The notes beneath the pieces are model-generated. The model was not told the origin of the DNA and ran no database searches. It saw nothing but the letters and a program-made list of their open reading frames with translations. Positions 15,830 through 20,000 of a stretch of DNA of 20,000 bases are shown here, in pieces. Within the stretch, counting starts at the first letter, position 1. Every line of letters begins with the position of its first letter. The position numbers were made by a program, and so were the translations under genes. The DNA is taken from IMG/VR virus record IMGVR_UViG_3300025133_000091, one strand, 5' to 3'. Source of the stretch: an uncultured virus (IMG/VR IMGVR_UViG_3300025133_000091). Its lineage: Duplodnaviria > Heunggongvirae > Uroviricota > Caudoviricetes > Crassvirales.

Positions 15830-16222
15830 ATGAAAATATATACAAATCAAACCTGTCCTTATTGTAAGGCGGTAAAAGAAGAATTAGAGAAAGAAGATAT
15901 TAAGTTTATAAATATGGATACCACTGAACATGAAGTTGAGTATCAGATTGTAGTTAATTTAACTGGTATACCAACAGTACCAACAATTGAATATAACGAC
16001 GAATACTTTGTTCCTGGTAGAGATTTTGGTAATCCTCAACAGTTGGTTAGTATGCTTAGATCTCATGCCGACTCTCCATATAAGCAATCTAAAAGAACGT
16101 TTGAAAGAGTAAAAACTTTAAACTACAATATGGGTCAAGCATTTCAAAGAATGGACCAATTATTAAGACAAATAGAAACTAAATTAAATATAAAAGAAAA
16201 TGAGCACAAGAGCACAAGTTAG
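15830..16222 (+). CDS. Glutaredoxin/NrdH-like protein with C-terminal coiled-coil extension
   Basis: CPYC active site and TVP cis-Pro motif. Confidence 0.85.
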   Translation: MKIYTNQTCPYCKAVKEELEKEDIKFINMDTTEHEVEYQIVVNLTGIPTVPTIEYNDEYFVPGRDFGNPQQLVSMLRSHADSPYKQSKRTFERVKTLNYNMGQAFQRMDQLLRQIETKLNIKENEHKSTS

Positions 16223-16595
16223 ATTCGCAACACGCGAAGCTGGGCAATCATTCAATGAACACCCAGAAAAAATACACGCACAGTTTTATGTGCATAATGA
16301 TGGTTACCCTGAAGGTTTAGGTGTAGATATAGCTGAATCAATCACTGATAATATTAGTGTTGGCTTTGGCTGGGAAATAGAGCACGTACAAGATATACAC
16401 GATGATCTAGATTACATATACTATATATGGTCAGACTATGATAAAGAAACATGGATAAGTATATTTAAAGTAGGTTTTCCTCCATATTGCCCCACGTGTG
16501 ATCAAGAGGTGAAAGGAGATAAGTTAGATAAATGTATCTTTGTAGGTACACCAGAACAATTAATAGAGGAATACTCACAAACTAAAAACGACTAA
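16200..16595 (+). CDS. Phage hypothetical protein (MSTR...HxDGYP family)
   Basis: MSTRA, YVHNDGYPEGLG, DYIYYI. Confidence 0.7.
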   Translation: MSTRAQVRFATREAGQSFNEHPEKIHAQFYVHNDGYPEGLGVDIAESITDNISVGFGWEIEHVQDIHDDLDYIYYIWSDYDKETWISIFKVGFPPYCPTCDQEVKGDKLDKCIFVGTPEQLIEEYSQTKND

Positions 16596-16969
16596 TGACA
16601 GATAATAAAAGGGTATCAAACAAACAGATCTTAGATGAGATCAATAATTTAAAAGTAGTAAATGTAGAGGTCGATCCAATGACTGAAACAGAGCTTAACG
16701 CTTTGGCTATCAAGATAGTAAGTAGAATGGTTAAACTTAAGTCTATGGAAGACTGGTTCGATCACGTTAATAGATCTGATATAGCTGGCTCTGTTGCATA
16801 CCAAGATCTTGATTTAACTGAAGAGGAAGAGGCATTAGGTGAAGCTGCAAAGCTTATGACATTAATGAATTTATTTCAAGAGGAAGAGGAGTATGAAAAA
16901 TGTGCTATCATTAAAGGTAGGATGTCACAAGTAAATAAGATATTAAGAAAAGGAAATAAAAATGACTAA
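16595..16969 (+). CDS. Hypothetical protein with C-terminal UVR-like helix pair
   Basis: EEEYEKCAIIK resembles the UvrB/C EExYExAA motif. Confidence 0.6.
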   Translation: MTDNKRVSNKQILDEINNLKVVNVEVDPMTETELNALAIKIVSRMVKLKSMEDWFDHVNRSDIAGSVAYQDLDLTEEEEALGEAAKLMTLMNLFQEEEEYEKCAIIKGRMSQVNKILRKGNKND

Positions 16970-17066
16970 ATACGAACAAGAAATGTACCGTGACATTAGC
17001 CGGTTAACTAAAGCGGTTGAGAAACTAGTAAAAATATTAGAACAATTAGCAAAAGAACAATCATGA
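16962..17066 (+). CDS. Coiled-coil micro-protein (34 aa)
   Basis: MTKYEQEMYRDISRLTKAVEKLVKILEQLAKEQS; overlaps both neighbours. Confidence 0.5.
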   Translation: MTKYEQEMYRDISRLTKAVEKLVKILEQLAKEQS

Positions 17067-17194
17067 GTGAAGAATTAATGGAAAGAATAAAGATATTTAA
17101 TGAAATTAAATATGGTAATAATGATAATGAAACAAGAATTATTTTTACAACATTGAAACCATTGGGGACTGTGACAACAGCCCCTAAAGTATAA
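17063..17194 (+). CDS. Micro-ORF (43 aa)
   Basis: ATGA-coupled; MSEELMERIKIFNEIKYG.... Confidence 0.4.
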   Translation: MSEELMERIKIFNEIKYGNNDNETRIIFTTLKPLGTVTTAPKV

Positions 17195-17215
17195 TAGTAA
17201 TAGGCTAATGTCACA
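17170..17215. promoter_or_regulatory. Inverted operator-like site overlapping the 17208 start codon
   Basis: TGTGACAACAGCC...GGCTAATGTCACA. Confidence 0.65.
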
Positions 17216-17828
17216 CAATAGAAATTTAAAAGTACTAAACGACAGGCGCATCGTATATAAGAGAGATCCTATTGACGATGTACCAACTCATCAAACAGAT
17301 CAGTATATGTTCTTCGAACAGGGGACTTATGAATGCTATACACTGTTCGCATCCAAAGCTAAGATCACGACTTACAAGAGCCTTAAATGGCATCTATTAA
17401 CGTTATGGTATCTTAACCCAGATCTTGACCAAGATGAGTTCATGCAAATTGCAGAGATTATATCAATCAAAGAACAGGGTTTCACTTCATTCACAATACA
17501 CATCGATCTTCTTAGGAAGATGGTATATGACGTGAGCATGTTAGATTTAGATGAACCACCTAAAAATAAACTACGTAAAGTTATATTTAAATATGGTAGT
17601 GGTTTAACTAAGGAAGAGAAATTATCTATAGTAGGTGAATTGATCGGTAGAACTAAACGTATACATGAAGATGATATATACCAGTGTATGTTAGATATAA
17701 ACGACTGGGGTAAAAAAATTACAATAGATAGAGTAGCCGGACTATTAAACTGTTCAACTAGAACCATTCACAGAAATATGGGTGAAGAATTAAAACGAGA
17801 AAAAGAATTATTAAACCAACAATTATAA
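17208..17828 (+). CDS. DNA-binding protein with C-terminal helix-turn-helix
   Basis: ITIDRVAGLLNCSTRTIHRNM is a typical HTH pattern. Confidence 0.75.
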   Translation: MSHNRNLKVLNDRRIVYKRDPIDDVPTHQTDQYMFFEQGTYECYTLFASKAKITTYKSLKWHLLTLWYLNPDLDQDEFMQIAEIISIKEQGFTSFTIHIDLLRKMVYDVSMLDLDEPPKNKLRKVIFKYGSGLTKEEKLSIVGELIGRTKRIHEDDIYQCMLDINDWGKKITIDRVAGLLNCSTRTIHRNMGEELKREKELLNQQL

Positions 17829-18586
17829 TGAAACACTATAATATACAAAACTATATAAGATACAAGAAGGATTTAGAATCAACCTTAGCTAGACTAGAAG
17901 GCAAGATGTGGGACGAATATACTAGAGATGAGCTTGTTATCAAGTTCATGCCTTTAACAGAGAACTTAGCTAGAAAATTTGCAACATCACAACAAGCATC
18001 AGGTGTTATGGCAATAACAGATATGATACAAGAAGGTCACTTAAATTTAATTAAAGCAGTTGACCGCATTGATTGGGAAAGAATAAATACATCTGAAGAT
18101 CCTGAGAAAACTCTAAAGAGTTTTTTGTCTAAAAGAATTAAAGGTGGTATACGAAGAGAGATAGATAAAAACAGAGGACAAATGAGATTGCCTGAACACG
18201 TTACCAATAGTATACGTAAGAACTTTGGTAAAGACAAAAAAGCTGTAGCTATGTTTTTTAACTCTATATTCTTAAGCATTGATGCTGGTACTAGAGATGA
18301 TGACGATCTATTCTTACAGATTGAAGACAAATCAGAACCCTATAACCAAGTGTTCTTAAACATGTATTTAACAAGTTTATTGAAGCAGCACTTGGTTGAT
18401 AAGGAATATCATGTATTAAGATTAAGCTATGGACTTGATTGCGAAAAGCACTCAGCTAAAGAAATTGCAGAATACTTAGGTATCGAAGGTAGTGGTGCTT
18501 ATGTTAGGGTTTCACAGTTAAAAAAGCAAGCAGTTGACAAATTAATTGCTAACGTAGATCACTCACAAGTGCTTGACTATCTATAG
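17828..18586 (+). CDS. Phage sigma70-family RNA polymerase sigma factor
   Basis: Region 2 DMIQEGHLNLIKAVDRID, MRLPEH; region 4 LSYGL...SAKEIAEYLGI...RVSQLKKQAVDKL. Confidence 0.9.
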   Translation: MKHYNIQNYIRYKKDLESTLARLEGKMWDEYTRDELVIKFMPLTENLARKFATSQQASGVMAITDMIQEGHLNLIKAVDRIDWERINTSEDPEKTLKSFLSKRIKGGIRREIDKNRGQMRLPEHVTNSIRKNFGKDKKAVAMFFNSIFLSIDAGTRDDDDLFLQIEDKSEPYNQVFLNMYLTSLLKQHLVDKEYHVLRLSYGLDCEKHSAKEIAEYLGIEGSGAYVRVSQLKKQAVDKLIANVDHSQVLDYL

Positions 18587-18604
18587 GTTAGAGCAAGTGA
18601 CAAA

Positions 18605-18634
18605 TGTAAATTTATTAAAAAACGTGTAATTATA
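18605..18634 (+). promoter_or_regulatory. Class II promoter candidate (TGTAAA-N14-TGTAATTATA)
   Basis: Intergenic, upstream of erf; matches 8342-8371 on the minus strand. Confidence 0.6.
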
Positions 18635-18657
18635 TATATACACCAAAATACCAAATT

Positions 18658-19242
18658 ATGAAAGAATTAAATAAAAAATTAGCTATAGTTCAGACTAAGC
18701 TAAAAGCGAAAAAGTCTTCGTACAATTCGTTCGGTAAGTATTACTTCCGAAAATCAGAAGATATCTTAGAGGCTATAAAGCCTTTCTTAATCGAACACGG
18801 CGTTACAGTTACAATCAATGAAGAAATGATTTCAACTGACCCTGTTCCAACAATGCAAACAACAGCAACATTCTCAGATGGCGAAAGTGCTATACACGCG
18901 ACAGCCCTAGTAGGAGTAGACCTTAATCAAAAAGGCATGCAAACTGCTCAGCAATTCGGTGCGGCGTCGACTTATGGTAAGAAATATGCCTTAGGTAACC
19001 TATTGCTTATTGATGATACAGAAGATGCTGACTCAGGTAAGAAACCATCTAGTGCTATAGATAAGATTAAGAAAGCAGCTAAACCGGTTATGACTAAAGT
19101 TCAGTTTGATAAAGCTAAGGAGTATATAAAAGCTGGAGGTAAGTTAGAAGCAATTGAAGGTAAATACAAGATTAATACACAACACTTAGTTGAATTAAAA
19201 AAAGTAAATAATGAACAAAGCAAAGATACTAAAAAGGCTTAA
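18658..19242 (+). CDS. erf: ERF-family single-strand annealing protein
   Basis: YNSFGKYYFR.SEDILEAIKP, Q..GAASTYGKKYALGNLLLIDD..DAD. Confidence 0.9.
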   Translation: MKELNKKLAIVQTKLKAKKSSYNSFGKYYFRKSEDILEAIKPFLIEHGVTVTINEEMISTDPVPTMQTTATFSDGESAIHATALVGVDLNQKGMQTAQQFGAASTYGKKYALGNLLLIDDTEDADSGKKPSSAIDKIKKAAKPVMTKVQFDKAKEYIKAGGKLEAIEGKYKINTQHLVELKKVNNEQSKDTKKA

Positions 19243-19978
19243 GATAGACGAGGACTACTACGGAGATTTCGGTAACCAATTCTTATCCAACTCACATGTT
19301 GGAAGATTACTGAAAGATCCGTTAAATGTTTTTAAACCAATGAAACAAATACCAGCGTTTCTTGTAGGTGGATATTTCCACACGTGTATTTTAGAACCTG
19401 AGAAGTTAGATAAATATAAGGTTGTAAAATCTAGTACTAGAAACACTAAGGCCTACAAAGACGTAGCGGGTGGAGAGTTATGCTTACTTCAACATGAGGT
19501 AGATATGGTTGAGTTAATGAGAGAGAAGGTTATGGACAACGATATATGTAGAGATCTTATACAAGGTAGACCATTTGCGACAGGTGATACAGATCACGAA
19601 TATGGTTCTATTGAGTACGAAGTTCCAATGATCACAGAATTATTCGGTCAAACCTGGAAAGGTAAAGCAGATATAATTAATCATGAAGAGAAACTAGTCA
19701 TTGACTTAAAAACAACAGCTGATATTAGTAAGTTCCAATATTCGGCAAACAAATATAATTATGACTCACAAGCTTATATCTACAGTAAGTTATTTGGATA
19801 CGAGATGTTATTTATAGTTATAGACAAAACAACACATCAAGTAGGAATGTTTGATTGTTCACCAAAGTTCTATGAACGAGGTGAAGATAAGGTGCGTAGA
19901 GCAGCAGAAGCTTATGATCTGTTCTACAAGACCGAGGAATTTGATCCTAAACAGTATTTCATAAGCAAAACCCTATAA
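19211..19978 (+). CDS. PD-(D/E)XK exonuclease, RecE/exonuclease VIII-like (DUF3799)
   Basis: LSNS, GGYFHTCILEP, KGKAD, IDLKTT, YDSQAYIY. Confidence 0.88.
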   Translation: MNKAKILKRLKIDEDYYGDFGNQFLSNSHVGRLLKDPLNVFKPMKQIPAFLVGGYFHTCILEPEKLDKYKVVKSSTRNTKAYKDVAGGELCLLQHEVDMVELMREKVMDNDICRDLIQGRPFATGDTDHEYGSIEYEVPMITELFGQTWKGKADIINHEEKLVIDLKTTADISKFQYSANKYNYDSQAYIYSKLFGYEMLFIVIDKTTHQVGMFDCSPKFYERGEDKVRRAAEAYDLFYKTEEFDPKQYFISKTL

Positions 19979-20000
19979 AAATATAATCATGGGAAGAACT

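Noticed and set aside
16963..16990. Eighth class I promoter (ACTAAATACGAA)
   Set aside because: Lacks both the CACAA and GATAATAT boxes.
8373..17215. CRP sites or transposon/MITE ends for TGTGA...TCACA
   Set aside because: Spacing is far from CRP's N6, interiors are unrelated, and no target duplications or transposase were seen.
9982..19446. Minus-strand ORFs in the right arm (9982, 10314, 17008, 17372, 18037, 19258)
   Set aside because: Antisense to a coupled plus-strand operon; no recognisable motifs.
1..20000. Stop-codon reassignment
   Set aside because: Long conserved genes are intact under the standard code, and TAA, TAG and TGA all end genes at sensible boundaries.

Overview
AT-rich tailed-phage genome fragment, probably from a Bacteroidota/Flavobacteria-infecting phage (inferred from A/T-rich translation starts lacking Shine-Dalgarno sites). 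Two arms are transcribed divergently from a non-coding control region at about 8340-8880. The left arm (minus strand, late/morphogenesis-like) carries an HNH-like micro-protein, charged candidate internal virion proteins, phage groEL-groES, three tandem paralogues, a HExxH peptidase, a 3TM-type holin and the start of a fibre-like gene. The right arm (plus strand, early/middle) carries many small ORFs, a gp88-like Fe-S protein, glutaredoxin, an HTH protein, a sigma70-family factor, an ERF annealase and a PD-(D/E)XK exonuclease. The most notable signals are non-coding: (1) two enlarged tRNA-like RNAs with perfect acceptor and T arms but no D/anticodon arms, inside a roughly 570-nt structured RNA cluster; (2) seven exactly spaced copies of a promoter-like motif CACAA-N7-ACG-N10-GATAATAT, some apparently driving small structured RNAs; (3) a second promoter class, TGTAAA-N14-TGTAATnATA, seen twice; (4) widely spaced inverted operator-like sites TGTGACAnnAGCC, one covering the start codon of the HTH gene. 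All product calls and base pairings were made by eye; no searches or folding programs were run.
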